64,000 nt of DNA from Podarcis filfolensis (lineage: Eukaryota), in assembly GCA_964270895.1 (NCBI GenBank), contig OZ185435.1. The stretch is one strand, 5' to 3'. Of this stretch, positions 48,998 through 61,779 are shown piece after piece. The position numbers were made by a program, and so were the translations under genes. Each line of letters starts with the position of its first letter. Position 1 is the first letter of the stretch. The notes under the pieces are model-generated. The model ran no database searches and was not told the origin of the DNA. It saw only the letters and a list, made by a program, of their open reading frames with translations.

Positions 48998-49553
48998 CTA
49001 CGGGTTATGCAGAGAGAGATTAAGATAACATTTTTTAAAAGAACATGACTATAGATTTTAGAGAAGGGAGGATGCTGTGCCTTACTGACTCTTCCCCTCC
49101 ACCCCACCACACTGAGACTAAGCTTTAATCCGGCCCTAATTGATAAAAAAATAAAAGAAATACAGATTCTTTTAGAAGTCACCTGTGCTAAAAAAAAGAA
49201 AAGAAAAGTAGCAACCACTTTGTCTTCTTGTATTGCCTGATTTAAACATGCAGTAGTGTGATGTTGTAGAATGGTCTATACCATATTAGACTAGAGGTAA
49301 GAGACATTATTTCTGAACACCATAATTAAAAAATCATTCCAAGTGGAAAACTAGTGCAATGGGGAAATCATTAGAACTTTATTTTCTATTGGCAGGGAGT
49401 TGAATAAATACATAAATAAATAAAAATTGCACAGGAAAGTATTCAGTAATACTCTTCATCCTCTGTGGACTGAAGCGGAATGGTCTGTTCTACCACTTCA
49501 GACCCAGCTGTAAAGAGAACTACCCGTTCTCTTCTGGGCAATCTTCTGGCAAC

Positions 49554-49843
49554 CACATGCCAGTGGTGGACAGCGCCAGAGGCAAAAGTGGGAAGAACCA
49601 TTAAATGTAAAATGTACAGCAGGCTAGTTTCTACACACATGCAAACATTCCTCTCTGTCCTCCATCCCAGCAAGCAAGAGGCATTCTCAGAGTTCAACAA
49701 TGCATTCTAGCCAGGCAAAAAACACTCAAGAGAGGCAGGAAGCAGGGGCAGTGAGGTGTGCTGCCTAGGAGTCTTGCTTGAGGGCTAGACAGAAAGGCCT
49801 GGAGGGCCGCAGTTGGTCCATGGGCCTGAGGTTCCTTCCCCCA
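49554..49843. mobile_element. Non-autonomous hAT remnant, copy 2
   Basis: Homologous to 25560-25868; ends GGGCCTGAGGTTCCTTCCCCCAG. Confidence 0.6.
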
Positions 49844-50635
49844 GCTTATTGCAGCATGCTGGTCATGCATTTTTCACTGATCTTTGTCAGGTGTATGGAC
49901 CAGTGTGGTGATCACCACCAGTTGAAGAACCCTTCACATCTGGACTGTGAGAGTCAGGATGACTGAAAACAGGCTTGCCAGATCAAGTCCATAGGTTTTG
50001 CCTTTCACTTAAATAGGCTGGCAACCCCATGTAATACTGGTGCTCCCTTGCTGCACTTGCCCTTGCATCCTCTGAGGCCCATGGTTAAGCTGGAGGTCCA
50101 CAGCTGACCAGCAGAAGAACCTGGCCCTGCTGTTGCTTCTCTTGCCATTGCCACCCACTGGCCTGCTCTCTCCCACTGGCCCACAGCAGGCAGTGCAAAG
50201 AAGCCATGGGAGTGAAGGGAAGGAGCAGCAGTTGCCACTGCCTGCTCACTTGCTGGCAGAGAAAGAGAGTGTGTGCAAGTGGGTAGTAGCAGGGAGGAGG
50301 AAAGAGGTCACTAGGGCTTCTTACCCAAGGGCTCCCAAAACCTCAAGCCAGTTCTGCTCACCTGTATTCTCTTGCCTGACACGGGACACGACTTGTCCCA
50401 CTTGCAGATGGGAGGGAAAGATAATGGCGAAGCCACTGCTGCTAACTTGCTCACAACCTCCCAGTTGCACCAGACAACCCTAGCAGAAAGAGGCAGCATA
50501 GGCAACACCCCAAATTAAAAGGCACTGAAGCCTATTAGCTCAGCCTAGCAGCTCCGCACAACAACCTGGATCATCCTATTACAATCAGTTGCAGACCAAA
50601 GGTGTACTATGAGTATGGAATGTTTAAGCATATAC

Positions 50636-50767
50636 CTTCTTCTCTGTACTCCACTGTGTAACCTGAAATGGTGCAGTTCCCTGTACTGGATGGAGGCAGC
50701 CAGCGAAGAATCACCGAGGTGCAGCTTCTTTCCTGAGCAATAGGGCGATTTGGGGCTGCAGGGACAC
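50636..50767 (-). CDS. KALRN: Kalirin FN3 exon, first half (VPAAPNRPIAQERSCTSVILRWLPP...YTVEYREE), 132 nt
   Basis: CAG acceptor and GTATAT donor; essentially identical to the mammalian kalirin sequence as I recall it. Confidence 0.96.
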
Positions 50768-51679
50768 CTGGGGTGTAGGCAGGGGAGCAAAATCAGGAGA
50801 GAGTTGCATTGCAAAGCATGTGAAAGAGGGTTTATTAAAACACACACAGAGAAAGTTTCCTAGAGCAATCATGGGTACAGCAGAACTGATGGACATGTAT
50901 TAGGACACAACTATTAGAGACTGCCAGAGATCTAGAATCTGATCCTGTACTTGTATGCTTTACTCTGCAGGATAAATGGCAGGTTGGAGGGGTGGGGAAA
51001 TGGTTGGGGCAGGGGCGCTAACTCCACTCCTCCCAAAATTTTAGCCCTAATTCCTCAGTCTTTGCTCCCACAAAACCTGCAATTAATCTAATCCAAGTAT
51101 CACCAGCCAGCACCCATTTGGTGACAATGGGCCATGCTATATACCAATATTGTGGGCAATTAACTTTGTTGTCTAAGTTCTTCTTGCAAATAATAGTACA
51201 CATGAGAGCTGATATACATGTTTAGGGTGGTAGAGGGAAGTATGCTGTTCACCCTCTAGGATTATATCACTTTAACTGTGTGTATATATATGTTTAGAGA
51301 GATGAAGAAGGGGAAGAGATAAATTTGTAGTGATGGGGGCATGTGTAGGGGAGAACTGGTTATTTCCCATGTACTTAATATTCCCCATGTAGAAAGTAGT
51401 ACACAAAGTACATGTAGTATTTCAAATGCAAATGCGGAATTACCCATTTGAATATCACACACATACACAACCAACCTGGTCTGCAAAAGCCTAGCATGTC
51501 AGCTTTCCACAGGCAGGGATAGTTTTGACATGTGTGGATTCCTCACCTGCATTTTGAAGTGGTATACAGGCCCATGTACCATTAAACCAAACATTTCAAA
51601 AGCTGATTGCACCATGATTTAAACCAATGGAAGCTCTGGCTGAGCAAACATACAAAAACCCCAGCAAGAAATCCATTAC

Positions 51680-51801
51680 CTTGTACTTTTATTGTAGCCG
51701 AAGTGGACGCTGTTCCAAGCTCATTTGTTGCCACACAAGTATAAATACCGCTGTCTTGAGGCATCACATTACAGATCTTCAGAGTGATTTCACCTGAATC
51801 G
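51680..51801 (-). CDS. KALRN: Kalirin Ig exon, second half (DSGEITLKICNVMPQDSGIYTCVATN...IKVQ), 122 nt
   Basis: CAG acceptor and GTAATG donor; Ig DSGIYTC motif. Confidence 0.97.
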
Positions 51802-52667
51802 CTGGGGAGGTGCAGATCTCAGTGTTTTAATCTGTTACTCTGCTAAGCATTTTACTCTGGCTCAGTTTCCAGTGGCAAGCTGCTGCCAATCCATTTCAAC
51901 TGACACAGAAAACAAGTCTCAGTAGATAGACAAGTAGAGCCCTTCGTATTATGCAGTTCTGTGGATGGAGGTGGCTTACAAGGAGAGGAGGAAGAAAGTA
52001 GTAATGGATCCAGCTCTCTGTGTTAATGATTAATGATTTAGAGGCCCATAAGAATGGCACAGTTCAGCACCAGGTAGAAAGTGGTGGTTTTTTAAAAATA
52101 ATAATAAATTCAGTGTGGGCTGTTATTGTGGTCCTCTGCTTCTTCTAATACTATCACTTAAACGTGCACTGCCTGCCTCTCCTGGAGTCAGCATAAACAG
52201 TGAGAGGTTGCTGCAGTGCCAGAAAAACCCATTATAAAGGCAATAGGGGTGTCCCACAGAGAACATCAATATTTCCTTTTGACCTGCCGAAAGGGCTACC
52301 AAAGAACTATTTCCCTTGCTTCACTTTAAAAAAACGCTTGCGGCCACATACTTTAAGATGCATGAAAATGTCACATGGAAACCGTACAGAACAATTCTGT
52401 GGTTGTACCCTGTGATGTATTTCATGGATAAAAGTACTCACATCATATGCGTGCCTTTGACTACAGCGCCTATATCTAAAGCGTCCTTGATTTCTTATCA
52501 TCAGAAGCATTCAGCTGCTCTGATGAATTTCCCTCATTGTTTCCTGAGGATGTGGACAAGGTTCTTTCAGAGGTGTGGCTTACTACATGTGTTCTTTCTC
52601 TTTCTCTCTTGTGATCAGGGAGTTGATTAAAACCTCCCTTAGAGAAGGTATGGCTCCAGCTCCCTTG

Positions 52668-52748
52668 AAAGTGATGAGAGTGGAGCTGGGGAAACCCAGC
52701 TAGATGGGCGGGGTATAAATAATAAAATTATTAATTATTATTATTATT
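52668..52748 (+). mobile_element. L2 LINE extreme 3' end with (TTA)n tail
   Basis: GGGGAAACCCAGCTAGATGGGCGGGGTATAAATAATAAAATT followed by (ATT)n; reverse counterpart of the 16948 terminus. Confidence 0.6.
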
Positions 52749-52782
52749 AACCTCCTTGCTCTTCTGAAGCCATGCTTTGATC

Positions 52783-52965
52783 TGGACTGGATCAGGCCAG
52801 TTGGCCCACCTAGCTCAGCATCCTATTCTCATAGCAGCCAACTAGATGGCTGTGGGAAACTGGCAATCAGGAGCCGAGCACAATAACACTCTCCCCTTCT
52901 GTGGTCCCCAGCAACCATGGAGGCAGAGCACAGCTGTCATGGTCTCCATTAATTTGTCCAATTCC
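52783..52965 (-). mobile_element. CR1-type LINE 3' fragment
   Basis: Homologous to 22525-22775 (CCCACCTAGCTCAGCATCCTATTCTCATAGCAGCCAAC...). Confidence 0.5.
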
Positions 52966-53234
52966 CCCTTTGAGGAGGAATGATAAGAAGAGTCTTGCTT
53001 CATCAGATCAAATACCCATTTAGTTCAGCAGCCTGTTCCCACATTCGCCAACCATATGCCTACATTTATTTACCTTTTTTTTTCAAATTTCAGTGTCCTA
53101 AACTGGCTCTCCTAACATAGTTGGGCATATAGGGTCATTAGCTGGATTGAAACACTTTTAATGCACCACATTTTCTAGGAGTGCAACTGCTACATTTGTG
53201 CCATCCCAACGCCCTCTGCAAAATATGAACGTAC

Positions 53235-53406
53235 CAGGAGGAAACTGCATATGCAGCTGTGCTGTTGTCGTTGTCAAGGATGTTCTGATCTGGTCCTTTC
53301 CAGGTTATGGTTGGCTTTGGTCGCCCACAGACTTTGCACTGCAACATTACCGTGTCACCAAGCAAGCAGGTGATGTCCACTAAGGGCACGAGAAACTCTG
53401 GAGCAA
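53235..53406 (-). CDS. KALRN: Kalirin Ig exon, first half (APEFLVPLVDITCLLGDTVMLQCKVCGRPKPTITWKG...VSS), 172 nt
   Basis: CAG acceptor and GTACGT donor; Ig I-set CKVCGRPKPTITW. Confidence 0.97.
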
Positions 53407-54251
53407 CTGCAGCAAAGGCCACACGTATAGAGACATAATGTTCACTGAAAACATAAAACTAACCACAGGATGTTGAAAATACAAAATGTGCCTCAGTGAT
53501 GCCTCTGTTGTATTGAGGGTTATTTATAAAAGGCTGTTATAAAGACCTTGCCCAACACCTGTAAAACCAAGCATCAAGCAATAAAAGCAGCATCTGTTAT
53601 CAGGTGAAACTCGGGAACCTGAAAATCTCAGCACTCTCACACACAAATTCACACCTGGAAAGTCTCCATGAGGAAACCCTACATCCCATGGTCTCCCATG
53701 AAATTCCAGAGCATTGCAAAGAATTCTGAGGGAAGTTCTAGAACAAGGGTTACCAATATAATGCCTTTCAGAACCAAAACGGGAGTCTCCAGAACACAAA
53801 GATGGATGAATAACTAAAATCATGTTGATCGTATTAAAAATACACGAAAATCTATTTAAATTTGAATAAACCAAAGGAAAGCAAGTAAACCGCATTCAAA
53901 TAAATTAATTAAATGTTCATTTTTTGTGAACAGATGCAATATGAAACCAAATATTAATCCAAGTAACATAATATTGAAGTATGATTGAATACTGAATATC
54001 TCATATTCCTCCCTTGTCTCTCCCTCTCACACACATATTTACCAGACAAAATTTGAATGTGGGTTCAAACTGGCTGGTTCACCATGCAATAGATTACTTG
54101 GGACTGTGAGCTGTACTTGCTTGGCATCATTCTTTCCTGCCTAATTACTCAGATAAGATTTCACAGGACTTGTTTGGGCAAAGATGATTAAACCCAACAT
54201 TTGGTTTGCTAGATCATGGGAACAACCTGCCACATTTCTGTCCTTACTCAC

Positions 54252-54279
54252 CTTCCTGGATGAAGTTTGGGTTGATGAT
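54252..54279 (-). CDS. KALRN: Kalirin 28-nt microexon (IINPNFIQE-V)
   Basis: Long polypyrimidine tract plus CAG and GTGAGT donor; matches kalirin ILNPNFIQEV and supplies the phase needed by the next exon. Too short for the ORF track. Confidence 0.93.
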
Positions 54280-55456
54280 CTGGAAAAAGAACACATACAT
54301 AAAAGAAATAGAAAAGTCTTTTTTAAAGGGACAATGAGAAGAGAGCTTATTCTCAGCAAAGTATTAGAGATTTGACATAAAGGTTGCTGAGGAACTAGAA
54401 GTACATCTGAAAGATTCTCATTCAGGATCCTGGGTGTGCTATTCCAGCACGCATGACTTCCAGAGTCTAGAAGTGCAAGGTGCTGCAGCGCACAGCATGG
54501 AAAGGGTTTTTGGGACCAAATGTGAGTCAGTGCCCCTAATCCCCAAGGTCCTATGTCTTTGTCATAATGTGCAACAACCACTATTTCCTAGGCCCATTCT
54601 TCAGCAATCAACATGACTGGGAGGAAACCACAAAGTTCATGTCATAGCTAGTTCTGGAGAGTCCTGAGATGCATAAAGATGGCTGCGCTGGAGTCAAAGA
54701 ACCATACAGTTCAGTATACCGCTCTCAAAAGCAGCCAAATTTTGAACATCTAGATAAGAATCAGGGTATTAAGACAAGGGCCACCCGTTGTTCTATGCCT
54801 CCAGTATCTGGTGATCTGAAGAGCCAGTGTGGTTCTTTCCTCTCTCAAGGGTAATTTGTCAAAGGCTGGCAGTGAGTAGAACTCTTTGACCCATACCACA
54901 TTGCCCTCAGGCCCAACTGTTGGTGGGTCACTGTCCCTGCTTTCTGGTAACAAACTGCACAGTGAGGTCTTCTGCAGCACATCATTCTGATGTAGACACA
55001 ACTAGGGTTGCCATACATTTCCTGGACATATACGGAAAACTGTAGTCGGAAGCAGCCTGTGGCCGGAAATCGGGGTGGGGGGTGGGCTAATCACTGACAA
55101 GCACTGGCACACTATAACCACAGACTAAGCTCTAAATGTGCACAACATTAAAATTTGAAGCTTTCAGTTACAAAGGGTTTCAAGTGAAATTTGAACCTCA
55201 GTTTTGTGGGATGACTTTAGAAACCTGTTGTTAGTCTTGAGAAGTGAAATCTGAGACAGGATTAACCTGTCAAATCAAATGTTTTAGCTTTTTTTTTAAA
55301 AAAAATTTTAATCTAATAATATCTGCAAATAGTAATGTTGGGACATAATAAAATTAGAATTTGTGTGTTCACACACCGAAGCAAAGTTAGTTATTTTTAG
55401 CAAATATTCTGAAATTCATTCAGTTCCTACTATAGAGCATTCCTACTATATACCTT

Positions 55457-56989
55457 TAGGCCCAATGTGATGGTCAAACTACACTTTATGTTACACTTCT
55501 GAAAAACATTACCACTCTTTCTTGGAGAAAAAGCAGCCTCTGTAAGCAATACTTTGCTTCAGCAGCAGAGAGCAGCTTTGCGCCAAGATTCATGGATTAA
55601 CGATGAACTGCTTTGCAACCATTCAAACACAAATGGATATTTAAAACAAAATATCACTATTTTGCATAAGGCTGAGATGGGAGGTTTTTTTGTTTATAGG
55701 CAGTACTACACATTATAAGTGCTGCAGGAAATAGAGCTGGCATTTTGTGTCTTAAAATTCACCAGCAAGAATCATAGTTTACTGAAACCTCTCAAAGTCA
55801 AATTTCAAAAGAGAAATTTGACGAATCGTAAAACTCCAAATTTCAGTTTTAAAATTATGAATTTTAAATGTTTACTACTTTCCCCTAACATTCACATTTC
55901 TTGCAACAATTGTAAAGACCCTAAATATGCAGAAAGCAGGACTGGCAAAAAGGGATCCAAATTATTTAAGGTTTTAACAATGCACCTTCAGGGCAAGTAG
56001 CCATGGCAAATTGCCTAGTCCATTTGGATGTGGCTCAGTTGCGCACTAATAAGCCTTTTCAGAATCCATCTCTTCTTTTTTTGCCTTTTGCCAGCCTGAG
56101 TTCTGCTCATGGAGAATATAGCAGTTACTGTATTACCTGTCATCTAGCCATTAAAAGTTTGGGGCATTTCTTTGGGTGGGGGAAGGGTGGCTATCCTAAC
56201 TGGCATACATCTTTCCAATCTGAATTGCACTTCCAAATGGGCCTGTGAAACAAACTGAAATAATTATAAGCTACCTTTGTTGTAACATTATTGTCCTTTG
56301 TGAAAAACCAGAAGACATAAATCAAGAATGGGAAACATGTGACTATCTAAATGTTGCTGGACTTCCAAATTCCCATCATCCCTGATGACTGGCCATGCTG
56401 GCTGGGGCTGTCGGGAGTTAGAGTGCAACAACTTCCGGGAGGGCATAGATTCTCCACTCAGGCATAAACAATGCAGGCTGAAGGGACCTTGTAATCAAGG
56501 CTTTCTGATTGTCGCACAGTACAGTCTGGTACACAACTTCTCACAAAGAATCTTGGGGTCTGTGGTTTGTTAAGGGTGCTGGGGAGTGTAGCGCTGTGGT
56601 GGGTAAACTACAGTTTCCAGTAATTTATTTTTCTTTTTTTGGGGGGGGGAGCCATAACTGTTAGCAGTGTTATAAAGGTGCATTTAATACACACATTCCA
56701 TTTGTCCAGAGATTTCGCAAAATAGAAACAGAAGGCAGTTAAGAAAAGAGCTAGGCTGGATTTTCTCTCTTAGATGCGTTAACATTTTATTCCCAGGGAT
56801 GGTTTGTGTTTTAACCTGGGGGGGGGGAGTAGTTGGAAATGGTATCCTCCCCTCCACACCTGTAAGGGCCTGATACACACACTGCCACGTTATCCTACTG
56901 CATGTGTAGGCCCAATGTGATGGTCAAACTACACTTTATGTTACACTTCTGAAAAACATTACCACTCTTACTTGGAGAAAAAGCAGCCT
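55457..56989 (+). repeat. 83-bp direct repeat pair (55457-55539 and 56907-56989), 1 mismatch, 1450 bp offset
   Basis: Read directly: TAGGCCCAATGTGATGG...AAAAAGCAGCCT; the mismatch is T55520 versus A56970. Confidence 0.95.
56350..56452. mobile_element. Palindromic hAT-like MITE
   Basis: ATGTTGCTGGACTTCCAAATTCCCATCATCCCTGA...GGCTGGGGCTGTCGGGAGTTAGAGTGCAACAAC. Confidence 0.6.
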
Positions 56990-58436
56990 ATAGAGACCTC
57001 TAAGCCAGTTTCCTGTCAAATGTCACCCCTTACCTGCTCTCTGCTCTTGACAGCACCATTCAGAGCCAAGAGCAGCTGCATTTTTGTTTACCAGGAAATT
57101 TAGCTGGTTGGTTGTGTTAAGAAAAGCAGAGAGCACCTATTAAGGACAAGCTTAGAGAAGGGAAGAGGTATATAGTGGCCATTTTGTTCTTAACCTACCC
57201 AAAGACTGAAGAGCCTCAGTATTCTGCTTTGGAGTCTAATGACTAGCAGACAGACAGAGGCAAGTGTGTGCACTCCCCTGCCCTTGCTATATATGCACCT
57301 TTCAAGAGAAGGAAGTGAGGAAGAACAAACGAAGATGGATGGATGAAGACAGTCAAAGCAGGGAGACTGTGGAACTGTGAGTGGTCCAAGCCAGCTGCTG
57401 GGAAGATGGCTGGACACTAAGTATTAGGCAGGGTCACTGGACACAACATGGTCAACCAAATGAATGGAGTATTACAGAACAAACTGAAGCACTGGGATAC
57501 TGCAAGTCTACTTTGGGAGCTGGGTGGCAATGTGTCCTACTTTACAGAGGACAGTCCTCTATTTGAAGTCCAGTTTAAAGATAAAGAGCCCCAAGTGGGG
57601 ACATCAGGGCCCACGAAGTTGTCCATCAACAGTGAGTATCTGGACCGGAAATTGAGAAGGCATATAGATCACCTGGCCAAAGTCTTCCACACTATGTTGA
57701 GATGCATCATATTTCTATTTAAATCACAGTAATTGCCTCTATTTTTATTATTAAATTTCTACACTGCCCTATATTTGCATAGATACATAGAAATTAGCAC
57801 ATACATAAATTAGCACATACATCTGTGTCTTCTTCTGTCAATGTATAAGTAGCCAACTTGTTTGTGAGTTCAAAACAGCACTTTAACATTTTGCAAGTTG
57901 ACAGAGTACTGTTGCTAGGGCAAGGCAGATGGCAGAAGGCCGCCTTCGCAGAGGGACAAATGTTTCATAACTGTCACGAGGAAAGAGGGATATGCTCCTT
58001 TTTCATGACAATAACATAATATATGGGGGAGCACATGAAATGAGCCTGTGTAAGGCCCAGTGTTGCTGGCCTTTTAGAATACGAGACCTTTCCCCTGACT
58101 CCTTCCATACAAAAATATTGCTGTATCTCATTTTCTTCTGGGCTTCCTCTTCCTTTGTCCCTAGGTTTTGTGTTCATGTAAACAAAGCAGTGAGGCCAAC
58201 AATGGATATTCTATTAAAAGTCTTTTAAAATAAACTATAATTACAAAGGCACAGCAAGTACAGTGGTATCAACATAGCACTGTTTAGCCAAAAGCAAATA
58301 AAAGAAGGAAATTGGGAGGTAGGAATTCACTGCCTTGTTGTATTAGTTGGTCTCTAAGGTGCTACTGGACAATTTTTTATTTCTTGTATCAAGTTTGCCT
58401 TACAGCTGAAGTCTGCAAGGCAAGTTTCACTGCAAC

Positions 58437-58568
58437 CAGGGATGGGGCACCAGTGGTTCTTCAACTACAGACTACAGCTTCCATCATCCCTGACCATTAG
58501 CCATGCTGGCTGGAGCTGATGGGAGTTGGGGGTCTAACAGTGGGAGGACCACGGGTTCCCCCACCTTG
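58437..58568. mobile_element. Palindromic hAT-like MITE, near full length
   Basis: CAGGGATGGGGCACC...CCATCATCCCTGACCATTAGCCATGCTGGCTGG...GGGTTCCCCCACCTTG; no TSD match. Confidence 0.7.
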
Positions 58569-59087
58569 TACTAAATGGAATCTGAAACTGCCCAGATCTT
58601 ACTGGTAAATGCACTTCAGTAGTACCAATGGACAGCAGCTGACCATGGACAGTTGCTAATATCGGTCAAAACAGGACCATTTCTCATTGGTAATGATTAA
58701 GGGCATATTCAAGTGATCACCAATGGTAGGTGTGGTTTTTTTTGTACACTCTTCTCCAGGGAATGGAAAACCAGCATTGTAGGCAGTCCAAAACACACTG
58801 GTGCATACAAGATACACATTTGCAGTATAGTAAGTATTAGCCCAAGCCAATCTGACACCTCATGTGCAGAATATAAAGGGCAGTTAAAAGGTTTTTAACA
58901 AATTAGATCAGTGATAGTTTGTTGCCCTTTAACACCGCCCTAGATCTGCTATCTGAGATGGCATTCTGCCTATCAGTCAGCGCCAAGTGCATTCCACTAC
59001 ACATGCAGAATTTCTCAGGGGGGTGGGTGGGATAGAAAAAGGTGCAAGGTGGGGGGAAGGGGAAGGTGCAAAAGGGTTATTGTCTAC

Positions 59088-59147
59088 CTCCATGCTAGTG
59101 TTGGGATCAAGGTCATCACATTCTGACTCCTCTGAACTGTTTGTCTC
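59088..59147 (-). CDS. KALRN: Kalirin 60-nt frame-preserving exon (ETNSSEESECDDLDPNTSME)
   Basis: AAG acceptor and GTAGAC donor; peptide matches mammalian kalirin as recalled. I could not find the next upstream exon within 59148-64000. Confidence 0.92.
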
Positions 59148-61779
59148 CTTTTTGGCAGCATGGAGGAAAGAGAACAAAGTTACAATGGGGAGAGAGATTA
59201 AGAGGCACAAGATCAGCAGAAGCAGGTGAGCGCAAGGTAGCAATGTGCACTGTGCAACTAACATGCTTTCCAAACAAAGAGGCACTAAGTGGCAAGCAGG
59301 AAAAGAAGAAAAAAGGTGTAGTAATCTTGAAATCATTCAAGGGAGGGGAAAAATCAAAGGTTTTAATGGAAGCAGCAGTATGAGGAGCTACCTCTGCTAT
59401 ACCAGCCCACTCCCACCCCCCATTTTGCAAGGCCCTTAAAACATACACAGCAATACTATACATGGAGAGCATTCAACAAACTCTTAACATTCTGTTCTAA
59501 TGCTGAAATCTATATCCTCCCAATGAACTCAGTTTGAAATAAAACGTCCGGTGGAGCCAAAAGAGTTCAATCTCCTTGGATTTGATGTGTTTTTAAAAAA
59601 GATTTTCAGGTGTTTGACCATTCAGCCTATCAAATGTCAATCCTTTAAAAATGTACATGATCCATATACTTCAGTCAGCTTAAACATAAATGCAATCTGA
59701 GGTGTGCAAGTACATAATTTTAAATTTAAGCACCCACCTTAAAAATCCAAACGGCATTTTCTTTGTTTCTGTTTTTTTATGCTCCTTGGCCCAAATCAAA
59801 AGAAACATTAGAGCACAGCATAAGGTCTCCCACTTACGGCTGCACTCAAAGATACCCCCTCCTGCACCGTCCTTACAATACCGATTGCCTATTGATTTGA
59901 GGTGTGTGTGGCCAGACTCAGTCCAGGAATCCTATCCCAACTGCTTATTGGTCTTTGTTTGTTATTGGTCTTATCACTGCTGATAGATCAAATTACTCAT
60001 TTGACGGTATGCACACAACATAACAGGCACTGCAGGCACCCTTCTGAGTGGTGGAAACTTTTCCATTCTTTTGTAGGATAATCTGCAAGCAGATAAAAGT
60101 GGATCACCCTGCCTGCCCTGTAGTGATTGTGGAAGGGAAGGATGCAATAATGCGATTCCTGATCAAAAGTGTAGTATCAAACCTTAGCTAGAACAAGGTG
60201 GTAGATGTGTTTAATTTTTACCATGTCAAACAGGCACCAAGAGAAAAATATTACTTTAAAAAAAGAAAGAAAGAAAACTGACTGATCAGTAGAGCAGATC
60301 ATGGGTAGTCAAGCAGATGGTACCCTCAGAATCTGGTTGAGTGCCGTTAGCCCCAGTCAATGGTCAGGGAGCTGCAGTTCAGCAACATCAGAAGGACACT
60401 CCATTGGTTACCCCTGAGTTAAGGGCTTTTATATCAAACAGAAATGAAAAAAGAAAATTGTCCTGGGAACTGCAAGAGTGTTTAAGGTGTATTTAGTTGT
60501 ACATAATTCTTGTGACTATTATTGTCCTGCATTCACACAAAAATAAGTGCTGGACTTAAACCAGACTTCTCTCCATTGTCATTTAAATTGCAAAGCAGTT
60601 TTGATGGATCTTTCTCGTTCCTGCCCAAAGAGTTTTGGGTTGAGATCCACAAACCAGTTTTGCCAAGATTTAGACAAATAATGATTCCATGAAAATCCCA
60701 CAAACTGCTAAAGCTACATATTAATATTTGTCATTATAATATGTCTTTACTCAGAAGTATTACAAGTAATCTGAGATGTTAAAAAGCCATATATTGCTGT
60801 TTAATCACAATTATTATTTATAACACAGCTCAAAATCATATGTTATATGTGTCAAAAAAAGACTAAACGAAGGAAATACTAAATGAAAATTTGAATCTCT
60901 TTGTTGGCTTCAATCTACACAACAGATAGTGTGCACCTATAGAACTATTAACTGTCCAGACAGGTTTGAGAAATATGCTACCACAAGAGCTTGTAGCTAG
61001 AGCTCTCTTTATACTACAATATTTTGATCCTAGTGTGTTTAAGACAGACACAAGAGAATGCAAAGGAAAAAAAGTGTTCTGCATAATATATATTTTGAGA
61101 AGTAACATTTTAAAGTTAGAATTTTAAAGAAATAGATCTACCACTAAACACATAGGGTGGAAGTCAGTATCATGCTAAATTATTGTTCCATCTGGCTGTT
61201 CTGGGAGTTTCGAAACCTCCTGAGCAGATTGGGAATGGTGGGCCATAGGGATAACTGTTTATATAACTTTCAATTGTTTATGTCACTTGCAAAGATGTAT
61301 TTTGAAATATTAAATTCTCTTTGAGTTTCTAAAATATTGTTCTAGATATTATATTAGAAATGTGAACCAATATCACAAATTATATGTAATACAGAATATT
61401 AGTGAAGAATTTTAAGAATGCATTCGTTTCCAATTAATAAGGGTTTCTCCACACCTGCACCCCTGTGGAATATTTTTAGAAATGTGGTTTCCTGGTAAAG
61501 ACCGATATGTGTTTGAAACATGCCGGACTGCAAGTAGAAACTATCCAAGGCATTTTAAATTGCAATATATGGCTCAACCCTCTTCTTCCTGTTATGCTGC
61601 TGAGATTGCAAAGGAGAACCAGGCTCATATACCTTAAACAGTCTGGTCAAGATGATTCCTGCTTTGGAAACACCTTGGCTTAATTACTGACTTGCATTAC
61701 GTGTGCCCTTGAAGACAACTTGGAAGCTTCAATTGGTATAGATGCAGAATATAGCTGGCAGAGTTCTGGGTAGTATGGC

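Noticed and set aside
53524-53895. 123-aa minus-strand ORF in a KALRN intron as a possible alternative exon
   Set aside because: No similarity to kalirin, no convincing splice sites or poly(A) signal.
57448-57732. 94-aa ORF that looked faintly transposase-like
   Set aside because: No DDE or zinc-finger motif. The DNA contains a decayed hAT-MITE-like head (GGGTGGCAATGTGTCCTACTTTACAGAGGACAGTCC), which is non-coding.
59780-59900. GTAAGTG donor-like site (minus strand, about 59837) as the missing upstream KALRN exon
   Set aside because: The adjacent translation does not resemble the expected ...GNKVSVK peptide; that exon probably lies beyond 64000.
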